Below the pieces are notes generated by a model. The model was not told where the DNA came from and ran no database searches. It was given only the letters and a program-made list of their open reading frames with translations. Below, piece by piece: positions 17,943 to 28,081 of a stretch of 64,000 nt of DNA. The DNA comes from a virus (Duplodnaviria > Caudoviricetes). Each line of letters opens with the position of its first letter. Position 1 is the first letter of the stretch. The stretch is from positions 60,567-124,566 of IMG/VR virus record IMGVR_UViG_3300033066_001396; one strand, written 5' to 3'. Both the position numbers and the translations under genes were made by a program.

Positions 17943-18140
17943 ATGAACATACAACTACTTAGCAATAAACCAATTATATTCCGAGTAGGAAATAGACAGT
18001 TCGAATATGTAAAGCCATATTACTTAATGGAAGGATTTAGAATGATAAAAGCAGTGGTGAAAGGATCAACTCTATGTTGGAACATTGAAGGGAAAACAAT
18101 AAGTTATAATCAAATAAAAAAAACGACTAATGGCATCTGA
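17943..18140 (+). CDS. Hypothetical protein
   Basis: ORF in array. Confidence 0.6.
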   Translation: MNIQLLSNKPIIFRVGNRQFEYVKPYYLMEGFRMIKAVVKGSTLCWNIEGKTISYNQIKKTTNGI

Positions 18141-18399
18141 CGGATTGTTAAAGAGAGCAAAAAATGGTACTTGCAGAATTTGTCAACGTACACGAAGTAC
18201 AGAGAACCAGGTAAAGGCCGTTGGCGAGGTTAGGCATGGATATGCAACTGGTCATATTTGGGAGTGCATAAACACCGAAGACTGCGACAAGGCCGCAAGG
18301 GAAAGACTTGTTTCAGGCAAGGTGAGTGGTCGTGTACGTGGTAAAATAGAAAACGGATTACAGCGTGGTCGATTCACAGAATATATGATTGCAGTTTAA
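18130..18399 (+). CDS. Small Cys-containing hypothetical protein
   Basis: CRIC ... ECxxxxxC pattern. Confidence 0.6.
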   Translation: MASDGLLKRAKNGTCRICQRTRSTENQVKAVGEVRHGYATGHIWECINTEDCDKAARERLVSGKVSGRVRGKIENGLQRGRFTEYMIAV

Positions 18400-18417
18400 A
18401 TAAAATAGTTAAAGGTT

Positions 18418-18861
18418 ATGATGATACAAATATCTGAAACACACTGGATCAATCCAGATAAGATCTCCTACATAAAGCTTGACCTGATTAAAACCCCCGA
18501 CCCGGCGGTTACCCAGGCAAAATATGTTGCGGTAATGATAAACGGCAAAGACCTGATCATTGAAAAGCCAGAGGCTATAAGAATACTGCTTAAGAGCCCA
18601 GAGCAGGAGGATCAGAACGAAAGAATATTAAAGATTTCTGCACAGAAATACCAGGTACTAAAATCCTTTAAAGCGGCCAACAATGATCTCATGATAGAAG
18701 CCGGAACGGTATTGCACCGCAAGGAATTTGATGGAAAAATTCGGTGGATAGCCGAAGAAAATAGCATGATCGAATTTGACTGGCAGAACATTAATAATCC
18801 GGAATTTTTTGCACCGGCATCACCACTACGAGTATTGCCAACCCCAAATACTGATAAGTGA
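18418..18861 (+). CDS. Hypothetical protein
   Basis: N-terminal WINPDKISYI motif. Confidence 0.65.
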   Translation: MMIQISETHWINPDKISYIKLDLIKTPDPAVTQAKYVAVMINGKDLIIEKPEAIRILLKSPEQEDQNERILKISAQKYQVLKSFKAANNDLMIEAGTVLHRKEFDGKIRWIAEENSMIEFDWQNINNPEFFAPASPLRVLPTPNTDK

Positions 18862-18885
18862 AAGTTTTTTTGTTGCCTTTGGCGA

Positions 18886-19122
18886 ATGGAACCACCTAAA
18901 GTTATGACCTTCGGACTTAACGACGTAATAGTATTTGGAGGAAAGTACAAGGGGAAAACGATATCCGAAGTTCTCTGGTACGATCCCTCCTATATCGTTT
19001 GGCTAGACAGCAAGGATATAATGCATTTCGAACCGACCATATTAGAGGCGGCTAACGAGGCGGTAAGCGAAAGAAATTGCGCCTATGGCGACCCAGAAGA
19101 TTTTTTTGACCCACATTATTAA
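18886..19122 (+). CDS. DUF3820 / ExoX-C-terminal-like small protein
   Basis: FGGKYKGKTISEV..DPSYIVWL motif. Confidence 0.7.
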   Translation: MEPPKVMTFGLNDVIVFGGKYKGKTISEVLWYDPSYIVWLDSKDIMHFEPTILEAANEAVSERNCAYGDPEDFFDPHY

Positions 19123-19125
19123 ATT

Positions 19126-19401
19126 ATGGATCTTGAACAAATATTAAAAGAACTCGAAAATGATCATAGCGACTCAGTTGTATTGCTACTTCCTCGCGAT
19201 TACGATAATCTGTGTATAGAGCTAAACGAATTCTTTGATACCGTGCCTCAAACTCATATAGAAAGGAGCGAAACATTGCATGGAAATCATATAAAAATAA
19301 ACGGGCATGAGGTGCATTATTACCCATTACATTTGGAAGGTTTAAATAGGCATCAATCAAGGATAGTAAGCAAGCAATTTTTATCTACATTGAAAAAATG
19401 A
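19126..19401 (+). CDS. Hypothetical protein
   Basis: ATGA overlap with the helicase gene. Confidence 0.6.
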   Translation: MDLEQILKELENDHSDSVVLLLPRDYDNLCIELNEFFDTVPQTHIERSETLHGNHIKINGHEVHYYPLHLEGLNRHQSRIVSKQFLSTLKK

Positions 19402-20735
19402 TTCAAGACGCATTTGAAGAAGCCCTGGAGCGTATTAAAGACGCTAAAAAGGGAATTGTGGCTCCCAGCATTTTCTTTAAAAACCAAAATACCGGCATCC
19501 CTCTTTCTTTAAACAAAAGGATGAGGCTGGGAAATGGAACTTACATGGTTGTGACAGGTCCGCCAGGGACAGGGAAGACTTCGCTGGTAGACTCGGAGTT
19601 TGTGATGAACCCAATACTCGACTGTATCATTGATCCTGCCACGTATGCAAATATCTACTGCATTTATCGCAGCATGGAAAAGCCTATAATTAATAAGGTG
19701 ACAAAGTTTATAGCCTACATGCTTTATCTGGCTACCGAAGGACAGGTGATTTTGGATACAGCTACGCTATTGGGCTATCACAACAAAAAGAGAGACTTAA
19801 CCGATGAGGACATAGCATTGATTTCAGAGCTCAGGGGGCACATAAACGAAATAGCGAAACATCTTGATCTGGTATCCGGGCCAGACACACCAGAAGGAGT
19901 AAAGCAATACATTCTAAAAACACTTTACCGTCTTGGAACTTATATCCAGTCAGATTTAGAACATGTGTATATCAATGGGAAGAAAACAGAAAAAACCTTC
20001 GACCTTACCGATGAGTATGGAAGACCTTATTGCTTGCTAAGGGGAAAGACAGGGAAAGAAATCAAGGTGGGACATATGTTTAATCAATTCATCCCTACCG
20101 ATCCCAAAATGATTATAGAGCATGTTACAGACACAACAAATAAAATAAGAAAGCCGAAAGGATCAAGCGTACTGGACACATCGAATGACTACACTTTTAT
20201 TATCTCTGAATTTGTAGAACACCGGGCAATCTGCGCCATTGACATCAATCAGTTTGGAAAAGAAAGCGAAAAGGATCTAAAAGGCAAATCAGGAAATTCT
20301 TTATCCGTAGGGCTGTCCGATATAAAAGGATCCGGTGATTTTATGCAAAACGCCCAGATTGGATTAAGCATACTGGATCCTACTTATCTTGGCATAAGTC
20401 GGTGGGGGGGGGACCCAGGAGGACGATGGCCAGACATAGAAGTCGACCGATTCCATGGAACCCTTAGAATATTGCAGATATTTAAAAACTCGGATGGGCA
20501 GTCTATGTATAAAATGCCGTGTGTGATGCTTGGCGAGATGGGATACTTCCAGGAGATACCTAACCCAAGGGAGATCACCGAGAAAGATTATACGGATATC
20601 AACAATACTATTCTGAGACATCTAAACCCGTCTGCGCACAATCAGCCAATACAAATGGAGGCCTTTCAACTTCCAGATAATATGATTATTAAGAAGAGGC
20701 CTAAAACCGGTGGCAAGGAACAAGCTCCTTTTTAA
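19398..20735 (+). CDS. DnaB-like (SF4) replicative helicase
   Basis: Walker A GPPGTGKT, YRSME, INQF, LSDIKGSGDFMQNA and IFKNSDG motifs. Confidence 0.82.
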   Translation: MIQDAFEEALERIKDAKKGIVAPSIFFKNQNTGIPLSLNKRMRLGNGTYMVVTGPPGTGKTSLVDSEFVMNPILDCIIDPATYANIYCIYRSMEKPIINKVTKFIAYMLYLATEGQVILDTATLLGYHNKKRDLTDEDIALISELRGHINEIAKHLDLVSGPDTPEGVKQYILKTLYRLGTYIQSDLEHVYINGKKTEKTFDLTDEYGRPYCLLRGKTGKEIKVGHMFNQFIPTDPKMIIEHVTDTTNKIRKPKGSSVLDTSNDYTFIISEFVEHRAICAIDINQFGKESEKDLKGKSGNSLSVGLSDIKGSGDFMQNAQIGLSILDPTYLGISRWGGDPGGRWPDIEVDRFHGTLRILQIFKNSDGQSMYKMPCVMLGEMGYFQEIPNPREITEKDYTDINNTILRHLNPSAHNQPIQMEAFQLPDNMIIKKRPKTGGKEQAPF

Positions 20736-20829
20736 AAAAAATTAACTAAAAAACCAAACAAATATATATACAAAGATGTTGTATATTACACAATAGGGTT
20801 GTATCTTTAACTTTTAAAATCACAAAAAA

Positions 20830-21849
20830 ATGCCGATCTACAAAGCAGGCCAGCCGGCCCCACAATTAGGATGGAAGATATTGGTTATCTATGGTGACTA
20901 TGCCAGCAGAAAATCCAGCATAGCAACCACCGCCAAAAACTCATTACTCATAGACTTTGACGAAGGATCAAAGCGAGTGCATGATATTCTGAATAAGAAC
21001 AAGTTAGTAATAAAACACGGATGGACGGAGGTCGAGGCCTTGGCCAGGAACGGCGACTTTGACGAGTTCGACACTATTATTATTGACACGGCCAAGGTAG
21101 CTCTGGATCGTTTTCTGATGGAGGCGGTGTTAGAAGATATCCCTGGGCTGAAAGATACTAATGGCGTACCCAAGCAAGATGCTTACGCAGTCATGTATAA
21201 TCGATTCCAGGACAATTTGCTCAGCAGGATCAGAAACAAGGTGATCATTTTTGTTGCCCATGGAGACTATGACTCTGACAATAAAAAGCAAATGCCGGTG
21301 GTTTCCGGAAAAACCGGTCAGTTTATTTTGGGATTGGCTGACCAGGTTGGTTTCGTTCAGAAAGTAGGCGATAAGGTTTTTATCAACTTCGCCACATCAG
21401 GAGCCTACGTGTCCAAGGATCAAGCAGGAGTCGGCATAATAGAAGTCCCTCATTTTAGCGAGAAGTCATGGCCTACCTTCCTGCAGACTCAGGTAATTGA
21501 TAAAATAGGTTGGCAGGATGTCGTAGAGACGCCAAAAAAGAGCGTTGAAGAGCAGGGCGAGGAATTGAAAGCCTGGACAAAAAAGATTTCTGAGATCACT
21601 AATGCATCCGGCATGAATGAAGTCGTTAAAGACCTTAAGGAAGTTTCAATGACCCTGTCAAAGCCAATTGACACATTATTGAGGTCTCTGGTCAAGGAAA
21701 AAGTAAAAGCGCTTGGTCTTAAACTTAAAGGCAGGACATATGAAGATCCTGCGGCGCCGATCATCACGATAACACAGACGCCATCCGAGCCAGCAGGGGT
21801 AAAAATGACTGTCATGCAGGGTGAATTTGAACCAGACAAAAACAGTTAA
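20830..21849 (+). CDS. AAA_24 / Sak4-like ATPase (recombination/annealing)
   Basis: Degenerate Walker A YGDYASRKSS, LLIDFDEG, TIIIDT, IFVAH, ADQVG motifs. Confidence 0.8.
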   Translation: MPIYKAGQPAPQLGWKILVIYGDYASRKSSIATTAKNSLLIDFDEGSKRVHDILNKNKLVIKHGWTEVEALARNGDFDEFDTIIIDTAKVALDRFLMEAVLEDIPGLKDTNGVPKQDAYAVMYNRFQDNLLSRIRNKVIIFVAHGDYDSDNKKQMPVVSGKTGQFILGLADQVGFVQKVGDKVFINFATSGAYVSKDQAGVGIIEVPHFSEKSWPTFLQTQVIDKIGWQDVVETPKKSVEEQGEELKAWTKKISEITNASGMNEVVKDLKEVSMTLSKPIDTLLRSLVKEKVKALGLKLKGRTYEDPAAPIITITQTPSEPAGVKMTVMQGEFEPDKNS

Positions 21850-21850
21850 A

Positions 21851-22216
21851 ATGGACCTGCATTATTGTGACATCTCAAAACAGGATACCGAAACTACTCA
21901 CTACGGAATAGCAATAGACTTATGCGAGGAGACGGAGGATGGTAGGCTGTGGGTAAATAATCTGGAGTATGGAAACGGAGTAAATTTTTGCCCGTTCTGT
22001 GGATTTAAAGCTAAGGTTCCTATGGGGCCGAAAACAGGTGACTATAAAACCGACTGGGCAGAAGACCAGGCTAATAAAAGGAAATGGATTTTAATCCAAG
22101 AGATTGCCACATTCCCCTTTGCTCTTGGATTAGAGAAGGGATGGAGCAAGGTAACAGAAGAGGAGGATGAGGATAAATGGATTAAACGAAAGATGTTGAA
22201 TCAGCCAGAGAACTAA
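21851..22216 (+). CDS. Hypothetical protein with CPFCG zinc knuckle
   Basis: VNFCPFCG motif; ATG 21851. Confidence 0.65.
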   Translation: MDLHYCDISKQDTETTHYGIAIDLCEETEDGRLWVNNLEYGNGVNFCPFCGFKAKVPMGPKTGDYKTDWAEDQANKRKWILIQEIATFPFALGLEKGWSKVTEEEDEDKWIKRKMLNQPEN

Positions 22217-22260
22217 TTACAGTCTTTTTTAGATGAATTAAAGCAAAAACAATTATAGAC

Positions 22261-23016
22261 ATGGGAGAAAATACGGAAACCAGAGAAAAGAAAAAGTATT
22301 ACAACTTAGTAAGCAAGGCCGAAGATGTTGACAAGGTTAACAACCGGGTCATTGCGCGAGTTGAGAAGGTAGGCAACGAATACCAGAAGGCTGCCTGGAT
22401 AAAAAGCCTGAGTGGTTGGATTACTCATGCTGAGATAGGAGAAATCAAGTGGAAGACAAAAGCAGGTAAGGAGAAGGTAGACCCTAAGTTCGCCTTAGAA
22501 CTAAGAGACGCTAATGGTATATACCACCTTGAGTTTACGTGTAATAACACATCCTATGGCCTTATAAATAGCCTTTTAGCCGCTGATTTTACCAGGGAAA
22601 TAGAGATTGAGGGATATATCCAAAAAAGTGGATTTGTAGCGGCCTCGGCAAAGTATCCTGGCGACCAGAAGCCCATAGGCTGGAAAATACCGATTCCTTC
22701 CCTGCCAAAACCTGTCGAGTTTGAACATCCGGTAACCAAAGAAAAAGAAAAGAGCTACAAGAACGTAGAGGATTTCTGGCTCGAAGAGTTTAAGAATATT
22801 AAGTTCAAGGCTGTAATGAGCAATCTGCCGTCAAAAGAATCAGATGCGCTACGCAACCTGGAAGCCACTAAGTCAGACCTTAACCCACCGGAAAGAGAGG
22901 GCATTGACTTCAGGGCAGCCAGTAAGAATAAAGCAGAGAACACCGATAAAGACAGCTGGCCTACTACTCCGCCGCCAGTGAATGATGATGACGATTTAGA
23001 TAATTTACCTTTTTGA
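22261..23016 (+). CDS. Putative single-stranded DNA-binding protein
   Basis: Lies in the replication/recombination cluster; acidic tail NDDDDLDNLPF. Confidence 0.6.
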   Translation: MGENTETREKKKYYNLVSKAEDVDKVNNRVIARVEKVGNEYQKAAWIKSLSGWITHAEIGEIKWKTKAGKEKVDPKFALELRDANGIYHLEFTCNNTSYGLINSLLAADFTREIEIEGYIQKSGFVAASAKYPGDQKPIGWKIPIPSLPKPVEFEHPVTKEKEKSYKNVEDFWLEEFKNIKFKAVMSNLPSKESDALRNLEATKSDLNPPEREGIDFRAASKNKAENTDKDSWPTTPPPVNDDDDLDNLPF

Positions 23017-23019
23017 TGT

Positions 23020-23403
23020 ATGAAGAAGTCCGTTGTCACCGCGGCAGTTGAAAAGGAAAGGGCCAGGGGAAGGGAGAAGTATTATCGCCTGGGGTACAGA
23101 ACTCGCAAACCCACTCCAGAAAGGAAGAAAGAGATAATTGCCAAGCACCTAAAAAAGTACCCTGAGAAAAAAGCAGCCCGAATAGCTGCCCAACATATCA
23201 AGGCACCTAAAGGTAAGGAAAACCATCACTGGTCTTACAAAAAAGCACACCACAAAGATGTATTGTTTCTTACCATCAAAGAGCATTTTACTGCACATCG
23301 GTTTATGATATACGACCAGAAAAGAATGATGTACAGAACTCGTGATGGAATATTGTTAGACACCAAAGAAGCACATGAAAAGTATATAAAAAGTTTGTTT
23401 TAA
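23020..23403 (+). CDS. Basic protein with degenerate HNH-like C-terminus
   Basis: ENHHWSY..DVLFLTIKEHFTAH. Confidence 0.55.
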   Translation: MKKSVVTAAVEKERARGREKYYRLGYRTRKPTPERKKEIIAKHLKKYPEKKAARIAAQHIKAPKGKENHHWSYKKAHHKDVLFLTIKEHFTAHRFMIYDQKRMMYRTRDGILLDTKEAHEKYIKSLF

Positions 23404-23418
23404 ATTTTAAATAAAACA

Positions 23419-24201
23419 ATGTTCACGGTATCAGCAAGTAAGATCAAGACTTTCGACACTTATGCAAAAGGGTCATGGGGCGATTACGACTCTGTGGTCA
23501 TGGACATCATGGGTATAAAGAAGAAATCAGCTGCTTTGAACATTGGAAGCTGCGTGGATGCTTATATTAACGATATGCTGGCAGGAGGCGACAGCTACGA
23601 CAAACTTTCAACTAAGCTTGGATTGTTTATACATGAGGACGGCATAAAGGAATTGAATGCATGGGGCGTTGACTTTAAGAAGAAATTCCCTACGTTTACC
23701 ATACAGCCTAAAAGCACTAAAATATATACCACTAAATATGGAGACCTGGCCGTGACATTGATGAAGGATATTGTTTACCCTGGTGGAATAAAGGATGTGA
23801 AAACTTCCGCCTGGCCCTTGTCAAAGTTGGTATCCGGATATGTCAGCGACATCCAGGGGTATTTGTATCTGGATGACGAAGAATGTGATTTGATGGAGTA
23901 TGAGCACTTTAAAGTATCGCATGCAACCAACCGAGTAAAATATGAAGGAGTAGCCAGGCAGGCGGCGGCGTCACCTGGATACATAACCAATGTCATTAAT
24001 AACTTTATGGAGTTTGTGATGAAGAATGATCTAGCTGTGTACATAGACCGTCCGGAAGTGTATAAGATGGATACGATCATTTTCTCTCCGAAGCACTTTC
24101 ATAAGTCAGTGGCAGCAGTATTAAAAGAAGATCCTGGATACATTAAATGGATGAATGGAGCCGGGTACAAATTTGACCAAGAAGTAAAAGAACAATTATA
24201 A
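23419..24201 (+). CDS. PD-(D/E)XK exonuclease-like protein
   Basis: SASKI start, AALNIGS, KDIV..IKDVKTS, IQGYLYL; C-terminal DUF3820-like DPGYIKW. Confidence 0.72.
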   Translation: MFTVSASKIKTFDTYAKGSWGDYDSVVMDIMGIKKKSAALNIGSCVDAYINDMLAGGDSYDKLSTKLGLFIHEDGIKELNAWGVDFKKKFPTFTIQPKSTKIYTTKYGDLAVTLMKDIVYPGGIKDVKTSAWPLSKLVSGYVSDIQGYLYLDDEECDLMEYEHFKVSHATNRVKYEGVARQAAASPGYITNVINNFMEFVMKNDLAVYIDRPEVYKMDTIIFSPKHFHKSVAAVLKEDPGYIKWMNGAGYKFDQEVKEQL

Positions 24202-24210
24202 TTAAAATCT

Positions 24211-24287
24211 GGTGGCTGTAGTTCAGTTGGTAGAATATCAGATTGTGGTTCTGAGGGTCGAGAGTTCAAACCTCTCCAGCCACCCCA
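24211..24287 (+). tRNA. trnH: tRNA-His (GUG)
   Basis: Cloverleaf: G-1 plus GTGGCTG/CAGCCAC acceptor, TCAGA/TCTGA anticodon stem with GTG (24245-47), GAGAG-TTCAAAC-CTCTC T arm, discriminator C and encoded CCA. Confidence 0.95.
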
Positions 24288-24297
24288 AAATATTTTT

Positions 24298-24573
24298 ATG
24301 TTAAACGATTATATCCTTAGCAAAGAAGAGCAAGAAAACATCCAGGACATAGCTGAGCTTAATGCAATCTATGATCTCATGCTGGGCAAGCCTATTCCTG
24401 GTGAGTGGCTTCCCTGGGGTCCTAAAAGAGATCCTGATACCGCAGAAGATCCTGAAGTCGCCAGGAAACTATTGAATCAAATGGAAAACTTTCAAAAAAT
24501 GAGGGATCTGACACAGAAGAACGAAGAACTGAGCAAGTATGCTGAAGAAACTATCAAACAACAGTTTTCATGA
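24298..24573 (+). CDS. Hypothetical protein
   Basis: ORF after the tRNA. Confidence 0.6.
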   Translation: MLNDYILSKEEQENIQDIAELNAIYDLMLGKPIPGEWLPWGPKRDPDTAEDPEVARKLLNQMENFQKMRDLTQKNEELSKYAEETIKQQFS

Positions 24574-25367
24574 AATATCACAGCACTCTTTTTTTTAAGT
24601 ATATCTACAACATGTACGCATATGAACTGGCGTATAGGCTTGGCCAGGTTTATAAAAATAATAAAAATGAAATAGCCGTATCAGGCATGGCAGCGCAGCT
24701 TGATCTTATCCCTGCTGATCCGAATTATAGGCTTCCAGAACTGCAAAAAATTAGAGAGGATTTTAATTTAGAGATAACCTACGTTAATAGAGGCCAGGGC
24801 ACTGAGGATACTGGCTGGACCATAAGTTATGGTAATTGGCAAATTCTATTGAATGGAGTGGAGGACGATAACAAAATTTGCACGCTATTCAATGAACTAT
24901 CTGTAAAGTTCAATGTCGAGGGAATATGGGACTCTTTTGATGGAGGATACGCCGATGAATTTATAGGAATAGCCGATTTTAAAGAAGACAATATGGGATT
25001 TCCTTTCTTAGGGGTTGTCAGGCGTTACTACACCTCTTATGAGGATAGCCCGAAACAAGATGGCACAGGAATTGTTATTACTAGATCTAAAATATGTGCC
25101 GGGTTTATAATGGGATCGGTGCGTTCGGTTATTAATTCATCTTTGTTTAATTTCCATGGATCAGTTGGGGAGTTTGAGAAAGCTTATAGTGTACATATCC
25201 AAAGGCTAACATTCTCCGAGGCATGTAAGAAACTAATGCACTACTACAGAAAGAAGCATCCCGAAGACGCAGAAGGCATGGTTACATACAAGTGGGGATC
25301 ACATGAATTTAAAGAGCGTTCTTTTTACAAACAAATAGCTGATGTTTTTGAATCAAGAAGCATATGA
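24570..25367 (+). CDS. Hypothetical protein
   Basis: 265-aa ORF, ATGA-coupled. Confidence 0.7.
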   Translation: MKYHSTLFFKYIYNMYAYELAYRLGQVYKNNKNEIAVSGMAAQLDLIPADPNYRLPELQKIREDFNLEITYVNRGQGTEDTGWTISYGNWQILLNGVEDDNKICTLFNELSVKFNVEGIWDSFDGGYADEFIGIADFKEDNMGFPFLGVVRRYYTSYEDSPKQDGTGIVITRSKICAGFIMGSVRSVINSSLFNFHGSVGEFEKAYSVHIQRLTFSEACKKLMHYYRKKHPEDAEGMVTYKWGSHEFKERSFYKQIADVFESRSI

Positions 25368-25728
25368 AGATAGATGTAAAATAACTATGAAAGTCTTAAA
25401 GAAACTATACCTGTTAACCAACTATAAGCCCCTTAATCTATTGAACAAGGATAAGGAAGCTGTTAAGTTCTTTTTGCGACGCCTCCGCTACATATCCAGC
25501 GATGGGAGCGCATTTGAAAGAGCTATAAGAATATCTATCCCTAGGTCAGTAGAAGGCTTGCTAAATAACAGGCATAGTTCTTCAAGGACCATAGTAATCC
25601 AGAAGGTTAAGCCCATACCAATCGAAAAAAGTACATGCTTCTTGATAGAACTGACAGCAGAAGAATCTAACATGTTTGCAAGTCAATCTTTGCAGGATTT
25701 TATTATGATATTACCTAAATGGAACTAA
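25342..25728 (+). CDS. Hypothetical protein
   Basis: ORF in array. Confidence 0.55.
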   Translation: MFLNQEAYEDRCKITMKVLKKLYLLTNYKPLNLLNKDKEAVKFFLRRLRYISSDGSAFERAIRISIPRSVEGLLNNRHSSSRTIVIQKVKPIPIEKSTCFLIELTAEESNMFASQSLQDFIMILPKWN

Positions 25729-25729
25729 C

Positions 25730-26236
25730 ATGAGAAACATATCATTTAGTCGTAAATACCCATCGTATCATCCAAAGAAAGGGCAGCCTACGTTCTTCGT
25801 TGAGAAGATATTGAATGAATTAGATTTGTATCCCGAAGATTGGAGTATTGGCATTATAAACAATGATGCGCACCATGGGAAAAAAAGCACCACTATCCGT
25901 AAAGGACATCGATGGAAAGCCGGTGATTGGTTCCAGCCTGTGTATTGGGGGGATGATATGAATCCATCGTCTGGCCGCTCAGGGCCATATCACTCTAAAA
26001 TGGTAAAGTTTGGCGATCCGATACAGATAAAAAAGGTGTGGGATTTTGAGATTAAAGACACTATAATTCATTTGACCGGATCAGTCGTGCACGTGGACGG
26101 TTACTCGTATGATCATACGCTAAACGAAATAGCTAAAAACGACGGACTTAGTACAGACGATTTACTTCATTGGCTTAAGTTTCCTAATGATTTCGATGGT
26201 CAAATCATTTGCTGGAGCGAAAACATAAACTATTGA
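25730..26236 (+). CDS. ASCH/PUA-like domain protein
   Basis: GKKSTTIRK..RWKAGD and IAKNDGL motifs. Confidence 0.65.
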   Translation: MRNISFSRKYPSYHPKKGQPTFFVEKILNELDLYPEDWSIGIINNDAHHGKKSTTIRKGHRWKAGDWFQPVYWGDDMNPSSGRSGPYHSKMVKFGDPIQIKKVWDFEIKDTIIHLTGSVVHVDGYSYDHTLNEIAKNDGLSTDDLLHWLKFPNDFDGQIICWSENINY

Positions 26237-26240
26237 TGTG

Positions 26241-26732
26241 ATGGCAATAAGGGATGATAGGCATATGCCCTGGTTGGTTCCTGCTTTTGGTTTGCGCGAC
26301 CCCGCGCCTGCCGTAATAAGATCATCAATAACAGTAAGTCGCCTGGCCGCAAAAGACATCGTGATTAATGGGATATCTCTGAATCTAACAGGTGCAAGCG
26401 CGGAGCGATGGGATATGGATCAGCTATATGGAGAGAAGCCAAGATCTATTGTTGGATGGACACTGGAATTGGATATGATACTGGCCGAAGCTGTGCTGAA
26501 AGAAATAACTAATCCGGCAATTCGCTCATTTGTCGTTGATAGTTTTTTAAAGGCGGTAGCTATAATAGGACATTTAATGCCAAATACTTACAACGACGCA
26601 TTCAGTGACTCCATATGGGCATACAAAGAAAGAGCCCCAAAGAAACCCATTCCACCTGTAAAACAGGAAATTGAATTTGTACCACTAAAAGCAGATGAAT
26701 GGTCTAATCGAGGATATTATATAACAAAATGA
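26241..26732 (+). CDS. Hypothetical protein
   Basis: ORF in array. Confidence 0.6.
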   Translation: MAIRDDRHMPWLVPAFGLRDPAPAVIRSSITVSRLAAKDIVINGISLNLTGASAERWDMDQLYGEKPRSIVGWTLELDMILAEAVLKEITNPAIRSFVVDSFLKAVAIIGHLMPNTYNDAFSDSIWAYKERAPKKPIPPVKQEIEFVPLKADEWSNRGYYITK

Positions 26733-26938
26733 AAAAGAAATTACTGATAGGAGATAAGCTGATATGGGACCATGGTGCTGACTATGCCATCGTGTTGTTT
26801 ATAGGAAAATCAGCTGGGAATTACAAGATAGTCCATACTGATATTGATTGGAAGGGAAAAATTGTTGTAAATCAACTGCTTGTTGAAAAAAAACACATAA
26901 TGAGATACAACAAGAAAAATCTATTAAAAATGTTTTGA
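26729..26938 (+). CDS. Hypothetical protein
   Basis: ATGA-coupled ORF. Confidence 0.55.
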   Translation: MKKKLLIGDKLIWDHGADYAIVLFIGKSAGNYKIVHTDIDWKGKIVVNQLLVEKKHIMRYNKKNLLKMF

Positions 26939-26953
26939 CAACCATCACAGGTC

Positions 26954-27442
26954 ATGAATATCTATAACATCGAAAAGAAATACCTGGAACTAGCTGACGC
27001 CATCATAGATCAAGATGGTGTCCCAACACCAGAGCAGGAGACGGCACTGGCACTGAACCGGGAAGAGTTAGAGATCAAGGCCGTAAACTATGGCTATGTA
27101 ATGAAGAGAGCTCAGGACGAGGCTGACGCTATTGACCAGGAGATCAAAAGGCTCTATGAGATGAAGCAATCTCGACAAAAGCTTATCTCCCGGATAAAAG
27201 AGACGGTGGCTGAAGCCATGATCTTATATGATATCGAAAAGATTGAGATGAGAAACCTTAAGATAAGTTTCCGAGCTTCCACATCCGTAGAAATCACCGA
27301 TATCATGCAGATTCCTGATCAATATAAAAGAGAAAAGATTGAGGTAAGTATATCTAAAGCAGAGATCGGAAAAGACCTTAAAGCCGGAGTAGATGTGCCT
27401 GGTGCTTACCTATCAACAAATAAAAACATCCAGTTCAAATGA
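26954..27442 (+). CDS. Siphovirus Gp157-family protein
   Basis: MNIYNI..., AIDQEIKRL, ISFRASTSVEI, KDLKAGVDVPGA..NIQFK. Confidence 0.85.
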   Translation: MNIYNIEKKYLELADAIIDQDGVPTPEQETALALNREELEIKAVNYGYVMKRAQDEADAIDQEIKRLYEMKQSRQKLISRIKETVAEAMILYDIEKIEMRNLKISFRASTSVEITDIMQIPDQYKREKIEVSISKAEIGKDLKAGVDVPGAYLSTNKNIQFK

Positions 27443-27834
27443 CAAATAAAGAACTAAAGACAATTAATTTTGTCAAAATGCTGACCGATGAACTCAAAAT
27501 AATTGATGCTTCTATCATAAACCAAGAAGAGGAACTACAAAGTATAAAAGAATACAGAAGAAGTCTAAATGGATTATTGAGCTGTGAACCATACAAGTCT
27601 TTAATCGGAAAAACACTGTATGCCGGAACCGAAGCAGAGCCAATAGATTTTAAAATATTGCCTACGAAGCTGCGCACGGCATTTAGCAGCTTGGGATTTA
27701 ACGCATGGGGAGATGTGACACATTGTCCAGATCTAATGTTAAAGATGAGATCACTCAGAGGAATCGGTAGGGGAACTATAGTACTGTTAATCACAGAATT
27801 AGCGTCTAAAGGATTAAAGTTAAAAGATGAGTAA
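27439..27834 (+). CDS. Coiled-coil plus RNA polymerase alpha-CTD-like (HhH) domain protein
   Basis: LPTKLRTAFSSLG..WGDV..LRGIGRGTI..ELASKGLKL resembles the alpha-CTD consensus. Confidence 0.55.
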   Translation: MTNKELKTINFVKMLTDELKIIDASIINQEEELQSIKEYRRSLNGLLSCEPYKSLIGKTLYAGTEAEPIDFKILPTKLRTAFSSLGFNAWGDVTHCPDLMLKMRSLRGIGRGTIVLLITELASKGLKLKDE

Positions 27835-28081
27835 GTTTATTAAATTCATAGAGTATATTACTTTTGGGAAGACAAGCCGCTTCAGGGTTATCAATACTGT
27901 TTCCGATTATACAATAGGCTGGATAAAGTGGTATGGTCCATTCAGGAAGTATAGCTTTTTCCCTGAACCAGATATTGTATTTGATGCTGCCTGTCTTCAA
28001 TTTATTTTAACCTTCATAAACAACTTAGAAGATGAACGAAAAGCCAAAATTCAAAGTAGGAGACAAAGTAGAGATCGTTAA
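27827..28081 (+). CDS. Hypothetical protein
   Basis: IGWIKWYGPFRKYSFFP..VFDAACL phage-type motif. Confidence 0.7.
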   Translation: MSKFIKFIEYITFGKTSRFRVINTVSDYTIGWIKWYGPFRKYSFFPEPDIVFDAACLQFILTFINNLEDERKAKIQSRRQSRDR

